A stretch of 64,000 nucleotides of DNA, taken from contig NC_083410.1 of NCBI RefSeq assembly GCF_020745735.1, forward strand, positions 4,066,117 through 4,130,116, in the 5' to 3' direction. Below, piece by piece: positions 25,781 through 39,424 of the stretch (position 1 is its first letter; each line of letters starts with the position of its first letter). This DNA is from Hemiscyllium ocellatum. Lineage: Eukaryota. The notes beneath the pieces are model-generated. The model was not told where the DNA came from and made no database searches. It saw nothing but the letters and a program-made list of their open reading frames with translations. The translations under genes and the position numbers were made by a program.

Positions 25781-26519
25781 TGTCTTCTCAGACACAAGTA
25801 TTTCTGATGCAGTGAATATACCCACTTCCTCTGCTCTGCCCTGTCCTGCTAAAACATATAACAGAAGGTTATCAGCTGAAATTATGTCCTTCTGAGAGCG
25901 GTTTTCATTACAAGGAGGTTTGGAATACAACAATAAAGAAGCCCTATCTAACTGAGCACTGTGTGTGCATGAGGTCATTGAATTATACCAAAGATGAGAT
26001 CCTGACACAGGCCATTCAGCCCAATCAGTCGATGCTGGTGTTTGTGCTGAACTTGTCCATGTGACCATCCTTCTGCATATAATTATCAGCAGCATAACTG
26101 TCCACTCTTCCCCTTCATTTACTTTCCCAATTTCCCCTGAATTGAACCTGTGCTATTCACTTCAATCACTCCCTGGGATAATGAATCTCACTTTCTCAAC
26201 AGTCTCTCTTGGGAAAGAGGTTTCTTCACAATTCCCAATTGGATTTGTGACAAAGTTTTCACCTCCAACATCATCCTAACCCACTGCGTATTGATGTGTT
26301 ATCAGAAAATGCCTTGGAATGAACAGCAACAGAAATAACAAATGGTTCAAGTCATTTGCTTGAGAGAAGCTGCTGCCCGTGGGATGTGTAACCAATGTCA
26401 GGGTCAGGGGGCTGTGGCACGCTGGCAGTGTCCCTAACTGTAGACCTTAAGGTCAGGAATCAGACCCCGCCCTGTGGTACAGCACACCCCCACAGGTTGC
26501 TGAGAAATAATTTCATGTC

Positions 26520-29500
26520 GAACATAAAGGACAGTACAGCACAGGAACAGCCACTTTGTCCCACTGAACCATTCTACCTGCCTGCACATGCTCCGTAGAA
26601 CTCTATTCCCTTCCTGTAAATAAGTCTGTCTAGATGTTTCTCAAATGTTGTTACTGTATCTATTCCAACCATCTCCCCTGGTAGCTTGTTCCAGGCATCT
26701 ACTACCCTCTGCGTAAAAAAATCTGCCTCACACATCTCCTTTAAACATTCTCCATCTCACCTTAAACCTATGACCCTCAGATTTCACATTTCCAACCTAA
26801 GAATGAGATTTCAACAATCCATTCTATCCCTGTCTCTCATAATTTTATAAATGTCTGTCAGGTCAACTCTCAGCCTGTGACACTTCAGTGAAAACAAACC
26901 AGGTTTGTCCAGCCTCTCCTTACAGACTAATTATCTCCAATCCAGGCAACTCCATCGATTTTTCACACAGTTTACAAGCTTTTCCAAATATGTCAGTGAT
27001 GCTGTTTCCCCTCTACACACTTTGGTTGAGACGTGCTTGACAAACTCTAATAAAGTAGTCAGACACGATTTCCCTTTCATGAAGGCATGCTGAGTCTGCT
27101 TGATAAGATTACAATTTTCAAATATTTTGCTCTTACTTCCTTCATAATTAATTCCAACATTTTTCCAGCAATAAATACTCAACTAACTGCACTTTAGACA
27201 TCCACTTTTCATTAACAAAGAACAATGAAACTTTACAGCCCAGGAACAGGCCATTCGGCCCTCCAAGCCTGAGATGATCCAAATCCACTGTCTAAACCTG
27301 TCGCCCAATTCCTAAGCATCTATATACCTCTGCTCCCCACTTACTCATGCATTTGTCCAGATGCATCTTGAATGAATTTACCATGCTTGCCTCTACTACC
27401 TCTGCTGGCAATGCATTCCAGGCACCTATGACCCTCTGCGTAAAATATTCGCCGCATACATCCCCCTTAATCTTTTCACCTCTCACCTTAAAAGTGTGAC
27501 CTCTCGTTATTGAATCCCTCACCCTGGGAAAAAGCTTAGCTCTATCTATTCTGACTATACCCTTCATGATTTTGTAAACCTCAATCAGGTCCCCCTTCGA
27601 ACTCCTTTTTTCTAATGAAAATAAACCTAACCTACTCAACTTCTCTTCATAGCTAGCACTTTTCATACCAGGCAACACCTTCTCCAAAGCATCCACATCC
27701 TTTGGTAATGTGGCGACCAGAACTGTACACAGTATTCTAAATGCGGCCTAACTAATGTAGTGTACAATTTTAAAATGACCTGCTAGCTCTTATACTCAAC
27801 ACCCTGTCTGAGGAAGACAAGCATGCCATATACCTTCTTGACCACTCTATCCACCTGTGCAGCAACCTTCAGGGTACAATGGACCTGAACTCCCAGATCT
27901 CTCTCCTCATTAACTTTTCCAAGGCTCTTCCGTTTACTGTATAATTCGCTGGAGAATTAGACTTCCCAAATCGCATTACCTCACATTTGCCTGGACTGAA
28001 CTCCATCTACCACTTCTCCCTCCAACTCTCCAGTCTATCTATATTCTCCTGTATTCCTTGACTACATGCTTTCTGCCACTCCACCAATCTTCGTGTCATC
28101 TGCAAACTTGCTGATCATACCAACAGTGCCCTTTTCCAGATCATTTATGTATATTACAAACAACAGTGGCCCCAGCTCTGACCCCTGTGGGACACCACTG
28201 GTCACCTTTCTCCATTTCAAGAAACTCCCTTCAACTACTACTCTCTGTCTCTTGTTGCTCAACCAGTTCTTTATCCACCTAGCTAGAACACCCTGAACAC
28301 CATGTGACTTCACTTTCTCAATTAGTTTACCATGGGGAACCTTATCAAGTGCCTTACTAAAGTCCATGTATATGACATCTACAGCCTGTCCTTCATCTAT
28401 CAGCTTGGTCATTTCCTCAAAGAACTCTATTAAGTTGTTAAGGCATGATCTCCCCACACAAAACCATGTTGCCTATCACTGATAAGCCCATTCTTTTCCA
28501 AATATATATTGATTTTATCTCTCAGTACCTTCTCCAGCAACTTTCCCACCACTGACATAAGGCTCACTGGCCTGCAGTTACCCAGAATATCCCTACAACC
28601 CTTCTTGTACAGGGGGACAACATGAGCAGCCTCCAGTCCTCTAGCACCTCACCTGTGTTTAAGGATGCTACAAAGATATTTGTCAGGGCCCTAGCTATTT
28701 CCTCTCTCGCCTCCCTCAGCAACCTGGGATAGATCCCAACCGGTCCTAGGGATTTGTCCACCTTAATAACCTCTAGCCTACCCAACACATCTTCCCTACT
28801 TATATCAATGTGCTCCAGAGTAGAGTCATAGAGATGTACAGCATGGAAACAGACTCTTCGGTCTAAACCATCCATGTCGACCACATATTCCAACCAACTT
28901 CTATCTCTAATCTCAACATTAATCATGTCCTTCTCTCAGTGAACACTGATGCAAAATAATCATTCAGAATCTCACCCATTCTCTCAGGTTCGACACACAG
29001 CCTTCCTTCATTATTCTTTAGTAACCCATTTGCTTCTTATATAAGAATAAAAGGCTTTATTCTCCTTAAGTAGATTCTCCTTAATTCTGCTCGCTAAAGC
29101 TACTTCATGACCACTTTTAGCCCGCTTGATTCCACGTTTAAGACTGGTCCTACTCTTCTGATATTCCTCCAGGACCCGTTCTGTTCTTAAATGCCTGGAT
29201 CCTATGTATGCTTCCCTTTTCCTCTTGGCTCATTGTACGATTTCTCCTGTCATCCACGGCTCATGAATCTTGCCTTTCATATCCTTTGTTTTGAACGAGA
29301 CATGCTTATCCCGCACTATCATTAATCTATCTTTGAAAGTCTCCTACATATCAAATGTGAATTTCCCTTCAAATAGCTGTGTCCAATCCACATTTCCTAG
29401 CTCCTGCCTAATTTTGATGTAATTGGCCTTGGCCCAGTTTAGAATTCTTCCCATAGGACCACTCTCTTCTTTATCTACGAGTATTCTAAAACTTACAGAA

Positions 29501-29900
29501 TGTGGTCACTGTTCCCAAAGAAATCCTCCACCACAACTTCTACCACCTGGCCTGGCTCATTCCCCAATATTTTCCTCTCTCTCTTTTGAATACAGACAGC
29601 ACATTGAGAGTTTTCTAATTCTCTGGTACTCCTCCAGAATCCAAGGATTTTTTGGGACATTAGAACCAATGCATCCACTATCTCTGTAGCTCCCTCTTTT
29701 AGAATCCTAGGATGGAAGCCATCAGGGCCAGGGGACTGATCTGCCTTGAACCTCATTAGTTTTTCTGACACAACTGCTTCAGTGATGGTGACGGGACTTA
29801 CCCCCTGCCAATATCCTTTACTTTCACTGGAATGTTTGAAGCATATTCCACAGAAAAGACCAATCCAATGTTTTTCCATAAATATTTTGACCATTCACAG
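26520..29900 (-). mobile_element. Nested/tandem CR1 LINE segments
   Basis: ORF 28062-28457 ([43 protein letters not shown]), ORF 27292-27696 and endonuclease-region remnants. Confidence 0.9.
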
Positions 29901-30216
29901 GGTTGCAGCAAATGTGTGAATTCTCAATGTTTAAGTGTCTAAGTATGAGGAACTTGCACTGAGTAAATAATTAGCATTACTGTTGAAATAAAACTCACTG
30001 AATCACAAGAAAATCCATCCAGTCATACCCTCCCTCAGAAGAGAGCAGCCATTGACTTGTTGTCCATGCTTCTTCTTTACTGATACTTTAACTTCTTTAC
30101 CTCCTGAGAAACGAGAGATTAAAGAAGCCGCAGTTGGCTGGGATACTTTGTGTTTCGATGCATTAATTGGACGTGCAATAAATAGTGTGGATACACAGCA
30201 TAGTCGCTCTGTTGAG

Positions 30217-30268
30217 ATGATCAGTGGAACTGTTTTTGCTGTAACCCTGTCCGTCTGTGTTACTTTAG
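30217..30268 (+). pseudogene. Signal-peptide (leader) exon, apparently orphaned
   Basis: ATG ATC AGT GGA ACT GTT TTT GCT GTA ACC CTG TCC GTC TGT GTT ACT TTA G|gtaagt encodes MISGTVFAVTLSVCVTL(G): a hydrophobic 17-codon exon with a perfect phase-1 donor. The phase matches the GT-starting V-J exons. An AATAAATA TATA-like element lies about 35 nt upstream. Confidence 0.65.
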
Positions 30269-30424
30269 GTAAGTGTTTGCTTTCGAGAAGTTTAATTTGT
30301 TGTACAAGACCTTTCCACGCCACTGCTGTGGAGTTTGTGAGTATTCTGTCAATTTAAACATTGAGAACTGGAGGGGAGTGTCACAAGGAAAATTTATTAC
30401 TGTCGAGAGCTTTGACGAAAGTTT

Positions 30425-30598
30425 GGACTGCAGATGCTGGAGTTTAGAGTCAAAAGTGCGGTGCTGGAAAAGCACAGCAGGTCAGGCAGTATCTGAGGAG
30501 CGGGAAAATTTCAGGCAAAAGCCCTGAAAACTTCTCTTTTCCTGCTCCTTGGATGCTGCCTGACCTGTTGTGCTTTTCCAGCGTCACACTCTTGACTT
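30425..30598. mobile_element. Older fold-back PLE-pLTR-derived insertion in the leader intron
   Basis: Imperfect arms of about 75 bp centred on ttcaggc-aaaa-gccctgaa (30517-30520). It is absent from the paralogous intron at 40470-40665. Confidence 0.7.
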
Positions 30599-31059
30599 TT
30601 TTGAGATTATTTGATGCAGCTGACACAGAGCTCCACAGGCTGGGAACACAGACCAGAAAATGGAGAGTTCCTCCCATATTTTTTTGTCATTAATTGACCA
30701 AGATTATGGGATTGAGGGTCAGGTTGAATATTACAGTGTGTATTTTGGGTGGATTGGATTAATCTGTGTGTTCACTGGGTCTTGCTGGGTGGATTTGAAG
30801 GTCGGTGAATTTACAGCTTTGTGATTCAGCGTGAGTTCCACCAATGGACCCATGCTGACACTCACATCAGTTTTCTACAATCAATAATATTGAATTTATT
30901 CCATTAAAACACCTCCAGAACTTTGCAAACTGTGAACCAGTTTGAAGTTCAGTATCTGTGACAGCACCGAATCCTGGGTCTGTTCCAAACTGGGAACACT
31001 TCCAAAGATGAATGTGCTGAATGGCAGTTCATGTTTTGTGTGATGGTGTTAATTGAAAG

Positions 31060-31430
31060 AAGGATGTTGTTGGTCAGGCGATGGAGAGTATCTCCAGTTC
31101 TTTTGCACATTGTGCTTTGTGATCTTTAAATCTTCGAATTGGATGCCTGAGCACACCACACACCATCTGATGGAAACAAGGACAGAGTGCAATCTTCTCT
31201 CTGTTGCTGATATGTATAGCCCCTCCTGCCAGAGGGGCTATACACATGGCTATTGCCATGTGCCACACTTATCTGTCTTGTACCAGCCTCACCCATCCAC
31301 TGTAGCTCGTCGGAAACCATTCTGTGACATCTGCCTTGTCCACCAAAGTATCAGCTTTGAGCTAAGCTCCAGAAATAGTTTTAACAGCCATAGCTTCCTG
31401 TCCTATGTGCGAGAGGGAGAGACCAATTGA
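31060..31430 (-). mobile_element. Possible degenerate RTE-type LINE 3' fragment
   Basis: Minus-strand readings ELQWMG and GVLRHPIRRFKD loosely match RTE RT C-terminal motifs (RLRWLGH; GRP.LRFKD). Confidence 0.3.
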
Positions 31431-31789
31431 GCCAAGCTGCCCCCTCACACTCACTGAGAGTGTAGGGTGTTCCTCTGTGCTCCCACCATTTCACAGCTGT
31501 TCAATGGACAGATAATAATGTGGAACAAACTGGGGATTTCATCATCTATAGATCAAAGAGAGGGAACACCTGCACAAAATGTGGCTTTGACTATTTGCCT
31601 GAGATAGTGGTTGACTTTTCTGAACACCAACTGCAAACTAAGTCCAGGAAACAGAAAAGGGGAAGCAACATTTGCTGCACAGAGTGGAATCTCACTGTTT
31701 CCACAATCACAAAAAGTTCTGATGAGAAAGGAAGCCATTGAGCCCATTCTATCTGCACTGGCTCTCTCAACACTTTAACTTTAACCACT

Positions 31790-32640
31790 GAGAATGGGTG
31801 AAATAATAAACAAATATTTCACGTCAGTATTTAATGTGGAGAAGAATATCGAAATGAGGGAAGTTGGGTAAATTACTAGTGATACCTTGAAAAGTGCCCA
31901 AACTATAGACGAGGAGATGCTGGACATTTCAAAATGCAGCATGTTGGATAAATCCCTTGAATCTGATGATGTATACCCAAGAACTTTGCAGGAAGCAAAG
32001 GAAACAATTGCTGGGCTGCTTACTGTGACACTTGCATCATCAAGAGTCACGGGTGAGGTGCAGGTAGATCGGAGGTTGGCTAATGTAGTACCACTGTTTA
32101 AGAAAGGTGGTTAGGAAAAGCCAGGGAACTATAGACTGATGGCTTTAAGTCTGTAGTGGGTAAGATGTCAGAAATGATTCTGAATGACAGGATAATTTAG
32201 GTTTTTGGAAAAGCAAGGACTGATTAGAGATAGGCAACATGGTTTTGTGTTTCACTAACTTGACTGAGTTTTTGAAGAAGTGACAAATCAGATTGATGGA
32301 GACAGTGCGGTGGACCCTGTCTATTTGGACTTTAGAAAATTGTTTGACAAAGTTTGCCACTGTAGATTGGTTAGCAAGGTTACCTCACTTGGAATCCAGG
32401 GAGGCAATCCATTGGACACATATTTGGCTTAACGGCAGGAGACAAAGGGTGGTTGAGAAGAGTTTTTCTTTGGATTGGAGGCCTGTGACCAGCAAAATGC
32501 CACAGGGATCAGTGTTGGGTCCACTGCTTTTCATTATTAATACAATGCTGACAAACAGAACTAGATTAATTTAGGATATCTGCTCAGAATGGACGAGTTG
32601 GACCAATGAGTCCATTTTTGTGCTGTACACCTTTATGACT
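31790..32640 (+). mobile_element. CR1 RT fragment
   Basis: NVVPLFKKGG, VTSKMPQGSVLGPLLF. Confidence 0.85.
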
Positions 32641-32689
32641 TAATGACTCTATAATTTAGTGTCGGTCTCTTGCCTTTCCTTCTTCATCC

Positions 32690-34250
32690 TGCACATTGTT
32701 TCTGTGTAAATAATCATCCAGTGCCCTGTTAAATGCCTCAATTGGACCTTAATGCCATTGGAGCAGAAGATGGAAGATCAGAATCAGGCCATTCTGCCCA
32801 TCAAGTCCGTTCATGGCTGCTCTGATAATCCCCAATTTGACTTTCCTCTCTTTTTACCTATAGCTCTAGATTTACTTTCTATTTAAAAATCTGTCTATCT
32901 CAACTTCATCGTACTGAATGGTGCAGCCTCAGTCCACCTGTATGGCGGAGTTCCCTTCTCAGTGAGGAAATTCCTTCTCCTCTCTGCCTTAAATGTACAT
33001 TCCCTGATTCTGAGATTCCGTCCTCTGTTCCCAAACTCTCTAACAGTAGAAACATTTTTTTTGCATCTACCCTGTCAAGTCCTCTAGGAATCCTTTATGT
33101 CTCAATACTGTTGCCTCAATTTTTTTTTGGTATTCTGATTAGAACAAGCCCAATCAAGATAACCTCTCCTCGTAAGACAGTCCCTCCATACTGACAATCA
33201 GCCCAGTGATCCTTCTCCAGATAAGGAACAAGAACTGTTTCACAGTATTCCAGTATGGCCTGACGGGAGGTTTGTACAGTTTTGGCAAAACCTTTCCAAT
33301 TTTATTCTCCACTTCCTTTGAAATAAAGGAGACTCTACCTTTGCCTTCCCTATTACCAACAGAACTTGAATGTTAACTTTTTGTGATTCATGGATGAGGC
33401 CTCCTAAATCCCTCGGTTCTATAGCTTTCTGCATTCTTTCCTATTTCAATAATATTCAGTTCCCCTATTCTTCCAGACAAAGTGTATGGACTCACATTTC
33501 TTCGCATTATATTCCATCTGCCAAGTTTTTGCCTCTTCTGAAGGCCAAATACTGCAGATGATGGAAACTTGAAGCAAACACATAGAATGGTGGAGGAATT
33601 CAGCAGGTCTGGCAGTATCTGTCAAGAGAGAAACAGAGTGAACATTTTATACCTAATGTGAGTCTTCTTAAAAACTCTCCATTAATCTATAATTGGGCCA
33701 TTATTTCACTTATTTTGTTCTGTATACTTTGTGCATTTAAGTAAGTAGTCATTAACAGTATTTCCTCTGGTGACCCTATTCATTGCTGATTTTCTGTATT
33801 GTATCCTCTGTCTATTCCTGTTCCACTCTGGGTATCGTTAGCCAAATAGCTGCTGTCTCCTCTTGCTTTATCAGACTCCATCCCCTTTCTCCTAAACCTT
33901 GCCACCTTCTAATCAGTTTAAAGCCCTTTTGAGAGCCTGAGTTATTTGATTAACAAGAATACTGGTCTCAGCATATTTCAAGTGAAACCTGTCCCTGAAG
34001 AACAGCTAGTTTTAACCCCAGGATTGGTGCCAGTGCCCCACAAACCAAAACCCATTCTATCCAGACCAGACTTTGAGCCATGCATTGAACTGCTTGACTG
34101 TTTTTACCCTGTGCCAGTTTGCCCATGGCTTAGAAATCCTTCCCATGGAGATTCAGCTTTACTATTTAGCTCTGAAATGTTCAAAGTCTTTCAGTGAAGC
34201 TTTCTTTCTTGTGTTCCAAGTGTCATTGGTCCCAACATGGACAATCATGA
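32690..34250 (-). mobile_element. Old CR1 fragments with short-element remnants
   Basis: Decayed CR1 3' motifs (LYKPPVRPYWNT, EPRDLG) and ORF1-like remnants. Confidence 0.55.
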
Positions 34251-34584
34251 TTGGATCCTTCTCCTCCATCTTCAGGTTCTTCTCCAGCCCTGAGGAGATA
34301 TCCTCTCCCTTCGCACTGGGAAGGCAGCACATCCTTCAGGAACAATGGCCTTTCTATTGGGAGTAGGATCTACGCTCCCTCATTACACTGTCCACTCCCA
34401 CAACGACATTGCTATTTCCTCTCCCCACATGAATCACTCCCTGTCCCAAGGAATCATGGTCCATTTGCTCATTCTCCCTGCAGACTGCAGTCTTGCCCAC
34501 ACAGCTTGCAGAAACCTGATAATTGCCAGATAATTGCAGCAGCTCAGGCTGATTGTGATGTTCTGGAACTGCCGGGTCGTACAC

Positions 34585-35060
34585 GTTTCAATCCTGTTCA
34601 CCCATCATCCCCACCTCACCCCCATCATCACTGACCATCAACCCCAACCCATCCCCATCATCACTCGCCCATCATTCCCACATCCCCATTATCACTCACC
34701 CAATAGCCCCACTCCACCTCCACCATTGCTCAACCATCATCTCCAACCCCATCATCGCTCAACCATCATCTCCACCCCATCATCACTCACCCAATAGCCC
34801 CACCCCACCCCCATCATCACTCACCCATCATCCCAACTGACCCCATCATCACTCACCCATCATCCCTACCCACCCTCATCATCATTCACCCATCATCCCT
34901 ACCCCACCTCCACTATGACTCAACCGTCATCCCCACCCCACCCCACCCCATCATTACTCAGCCATCACCACTCACCAATCATCCCCATACCACCCCACCC
35001 TAACATCACTCACCCATCAGCCCTACCTCATTATCACTCACCCATCGTTTCCACTCACCG
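34585..35060. repeat. Degenerate C/A-rich minisatellite (CCCATCATCACTCA / CCCCAC units)
   Basis: Recurrent cccatcatcactcacccatcatccc units over about 470 bp. Confidence 0.85.
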
Positions 35061-35099
35061 CCATCAAAGCAGAAGTTCCAGAACTGAACACCACTGGTC

Positions 35100-36750
35100 A
35101 TCATATTCTTGAGTAAATACTTTCCATCTACCACCCTCTATCTTCTATGGACCAAGCAGTTCTGGATCCAGGCAGCCAGTTTTCCCTGTATCCCATGCCT
35201 CCTTTTTTACTGAATGTGGAAACTTAACAAATACCTTGCTAAAATCCATGTACACCACATCAACTGCTCTATCTTCATCAATGTGTTTTGTCACTTGCTC
35301 AATGAATTCAATAAGGTTTGTGCAGTATGACCTCTCCTTCACAAAGCCACACAAACTATCTCTAACCAAATTATGCTTCAACAAATGATCATAACTCCTG
35401 TCTCTCAGAATCCTCTCTGACACTCTCACCACCAAAGCTGTAAGACTAACTGGCCTGTAATTTCCAGCATCATCCCTTTTCCATTTCTTGAACAAGGGAA
35501 TAACATTTGCCACCCTCCAATCATCTACTCCAGTAGACATTGAGGATGCAAAAAATCATTGTCAAAGGCGCAGCAATCTCTTCCCTCACTTCTGTTAGTA
35601 ACCTAGGGTTTATCCTGTCTTGCCCAGGGGATTTATCTAGCCTTATGCAGTTGGAAAATTTCAGCACATTCTCCTTCATAACATCAACCTGTCCCAGCTT
35701 ATCAGTCTGTTTCACGCCATCCTCAGAAATGTCTTGGTCTCACAGTAGTGAATACTGAAGCAAAGTATTCATTAAGGATCTACCCTACCTCCTCTGACTC
35801 CAGGTGCTAGTTCCCTCCACTATCCCTAATCAGTCCTACCCTCACTTTGGCCATCCTTTTTGTTGCTCACGTAAGTCTGGGACACCTCAGGGTTTTCCTT
35901 AATCCTATCCACTAGAGATTTTCATGTCCCCTTCTAGCTCTCCTAAGTCCATTCTTCAGTTCCTTCCTGGTTAAATCTGTAACCCTATAAAGACCTGTGT
36001 GATCCTTGCCTTCTCAACTTTAAATAAGCTTCCTTCTTCATCTTGACTAGATGTTCCACATTCCCTATCACCCAAAGTTCTTTCACCCTCACATCCCTTC
36101 CTTGCCTCAGTGGGATAAACCTGTCCGACACTCACAGCAATTGTTTCCTGAACAACATCCATATTTCTGTCATGTATTTCCCGGAGAATATCTATTCCCA
36201 ATTTAGGTGCATGAGTTCCTGTCTAATAACATTGTAATTCCCTTTCCCATACCATCTGCTTCTATCCCTCTCCATGACCATAGTAACAGTCATGGAGTTG
36301 TGTTAACTACCACTGAAACGCTCTCCCACTGAGAGATCTAAAACTTGGCATGGTTCGTTTCCAAGCACCAAATCCAAAATGGCCTCCCCTCTCGTCAGCC
36401 TATCTACATATTGTGTCAGGAACCCTTCCTGGACACACCTTACAAAAACTGTTCCATCCAAACTATTTGAACTAACAAGGTTCCAATCAATATTATGCTA
36501 TTTAAAGTTACCAATGACAACATCCCTGTTACGTCTGTGTCCTTCCAAAATCTGTTTCTCAGCTTGCTCCTCCATGTCTCAGTTGCTGTTTGTAGGCCTG
36601 TAGAAAACTCTTAATTAAGTGACTGCTCCTTCCTTGTTTCAGACTCCCACCCATAATGACTCAGAAGACAAACCCTCCTCAACAACCCACCTTTGTGCAG
36701 CGGTAATACTCTCTCTGATTAGCAATGTCACTCCTCTACCTCTTTTACCT
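35100..36750 (-). mobile_element. CR1 ORF2 (endonuclease-RT) fragment
   Basis: DWRVANVIPLFKK, NYRPVSLT, VYMDFSKVF and DKSPGQD. Confidence 0.9.
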
Positions 36751-37504
36751 AATGATATAGCTGGTTCACAGGTCGGAGAGCTACCTGCAGTGAATGGACA
36801 GCCAGTGGATACTCAGGCAACTGAACGACTGCAGGACATATAAAGAGCATTCACCACATGACCACTTGGATATGAAAAATCAAAATCTGTTGTGGTTTAC
36901 AAAATTCAAATTAATGTTGAATGAATCAGCCATGTTAAGAATTGTTTTTAAAAAATGGGTTTTATCATTAAGTTGCTGGACTGACTGTATTTGAATATAG
37001 CTCAGGAACAGTTTCTGGGTTCAGGTCACTGTGTGCCTTCACAGATCAAAAGGAGGGCAGCTGAAGCAAAATTGTCAAACTGACCAAAAGCAGTGAAAAA
37101 CAAAATCCATGTGTTCTGATAAAAAGAGGAGAAATCTTCAAACAGGACCAACTGCACAATTTCTTCTTCCCATTCAGTAAAAGACAAAGAAAAAGATAAT
37201 GTTTCCAATATCAGGGTTTCAAACTATTTCTTATTGGAATCTGAAATATGGTCAGAAGGTCTCCCATCAATATACAACTTGCAGGAATCATCCTCATTGA
37301 CAAGAAATTGAAGGAACTCTGAGAAGCCAGCACATTCTACCACCTGATGTGAGTTCTATACCCCTCTGGGATGGTCATTCTTTAAGGCTTTTTTTAAAAA
37401 CAGTCCAAACTATTTCTGCAGAGCTGTGTTGATTGTCTATAAATGAATTTATGTTTGAGGTTAATGGGATATGGTTTTATCCCAAATAGAAATATCGTTG
37501 CTAA

Positions 37505-38270
37505 TGTTATGAAGTTGAAGGCATACACTGTAACTTTAAGAGAGAGTGAATGATGTTATGAACAGATAGCTTTCAAGCACCTGTGTGATCTGACTAGATG
37601 GCAATCTCACAATGTACTGGAATATTGGAAATATATGAGATTTGGCCGCGAAATGGATATCTGAGTTGGTTGCTGTCTTGACAACAATTCCAATTTAATC
37701 AATCAGTTTAAATTATGCCCCAGAATGATAAAACCCAATTGATTTTGAATTTACTGTTTTGCCAATATTGAACCAATGAGATATTGGGGATATAAAAATG
37801 CAGACATTTTGAAAATTAGAGACAGAACAACTGACGTCGAGAGAAAGCAAAGAAGTTTGGAAACACTCACCATCAAGTGTACCTTTTCATATGTAACAGA
37901 TTTGTAGTAAAAAGAAAGAAGATGACCTCGGGAGATCTTCAGCTGGAAAAAGATAGACACTGAAGATGACAGTGGCTGTGTGATTTTGAAATTAGGTTGA
38001 TGTAATTTTAATAAGTGTGTTATTGGAACAGCATATTGATACAGAGTTGGAGGCAGAAAATAAGCAGTTAAGAGAAAGGGGAGCCAAGAGTTGTGAATAG
38101 TTATTGTTTAATGTTCATTTTTAAATTAAAGAATAAATTGATATTATTTTCTTTGAATAGTGGAATTTGGGAGCTCTCTGTCACTCATATTTTAACAGAT
38201 TATGAGGCGAGATGAGCTTTTCTGGGTGTTTGGTTTAATTAACAGAGGAGTTCATCACTGTGTCGTAACA
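37505..38270. mobile_element. Solo LTR (Gypsy-type)
   Basis: Begins TGTTATGAAG and ends GTGTCGTAACA. No matching 4-5 bp TSD seen. Confidence 0.6.
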
Positions 38271-39424
38271 TTCATCACATGTTCTGCTTGTTTAAACAAT
38301 CAGTCTTGATCATAATACATAAATTAATTTTGAGATCATGAATTAAATTGCTTTGTTTTTAACCATTGGATTGGAGGACAGAAAAGAGGCAAATTGGCTG
38401 TATTGTTGATTCAGTAACACACTTAGTAAGGCCCTTGGTTAATTGGGGATCAATTACGAGTGTACTCCCCACATTAGACTTAACACTGTGATGTGAGATG
38501 TGTGGTTTCTATATGATTTTAATATTATTTAGTTTTGAATTTGAATTTTGAGCTAGTGCTATGTAGATTTTAACCCTTGTGACTATGATGGGACTTAAAA
38601 ATCAAAATATGAATATTTCGGAAGTTATGATTTCTTTTAACAAAAATATATGACAGAAACAGTTCTTGGAGTTATGTCAACCCCTATAGGATTAACTGAG
38701 AAGGGTAGTCTCTCTACTGTCTGTATTATGTAAAGAGGTACTGTTGGAATGTTTAAAGTATTGTATTTCGTTGTCTGCTTCTCAGTCTTTGAAATAGTGT
38801 TTTATGTATATAGCTTGTTTCATTATATTTTTTGACAGTTCTATTTAACAAAAAAAACTTCATAAAAATAAAAAAAACTTTTCTTCCTGTTGAAACCAAG
38901 TCTGCTGCATTGTGTGTTCCTTTCTCACTGAAACACCCACTAGTTTTATACAAAAAAGAATCCAAGCCAGATTTCAGTCTGGAACCAAACTTGTCCAATA
39001 CTAACATCAATTGGGACCTTAACAACACCAATCAAAGTGACTGGGACTGTTCCACTTGGAGAAGGAAAAGTTGAAAAGAGATTTGATTGAAATAGCCCAT
39101 CCATTCAGGGGGCCATTCTCTTCTTAGATGATAACAAATTTATCCTGGGCCAGAGAGGGATGGTTTGATTGGTTGGGAAAGGATGTTTGTGAGTTGTTAC
39201 AAGATACGTGCATCTGAAAGATTGGGTTCTAGTTCTATGAGCACTCCTGGGCACATGGCAACATGGGATCAGTTCACAATTAGGAATCCTCAGTGCCAGG
39301 GATACCCGGTCCCAGTGAATACTCAGGGAACTGTGCACATGGCAGTAGGAGGATTGCAAGGAGTCAGAGTCAGGGAGAGGCGATCATTCTGAAGAAAGCA
39401 GTGAGAAGGATGAGGAGGGGATGA

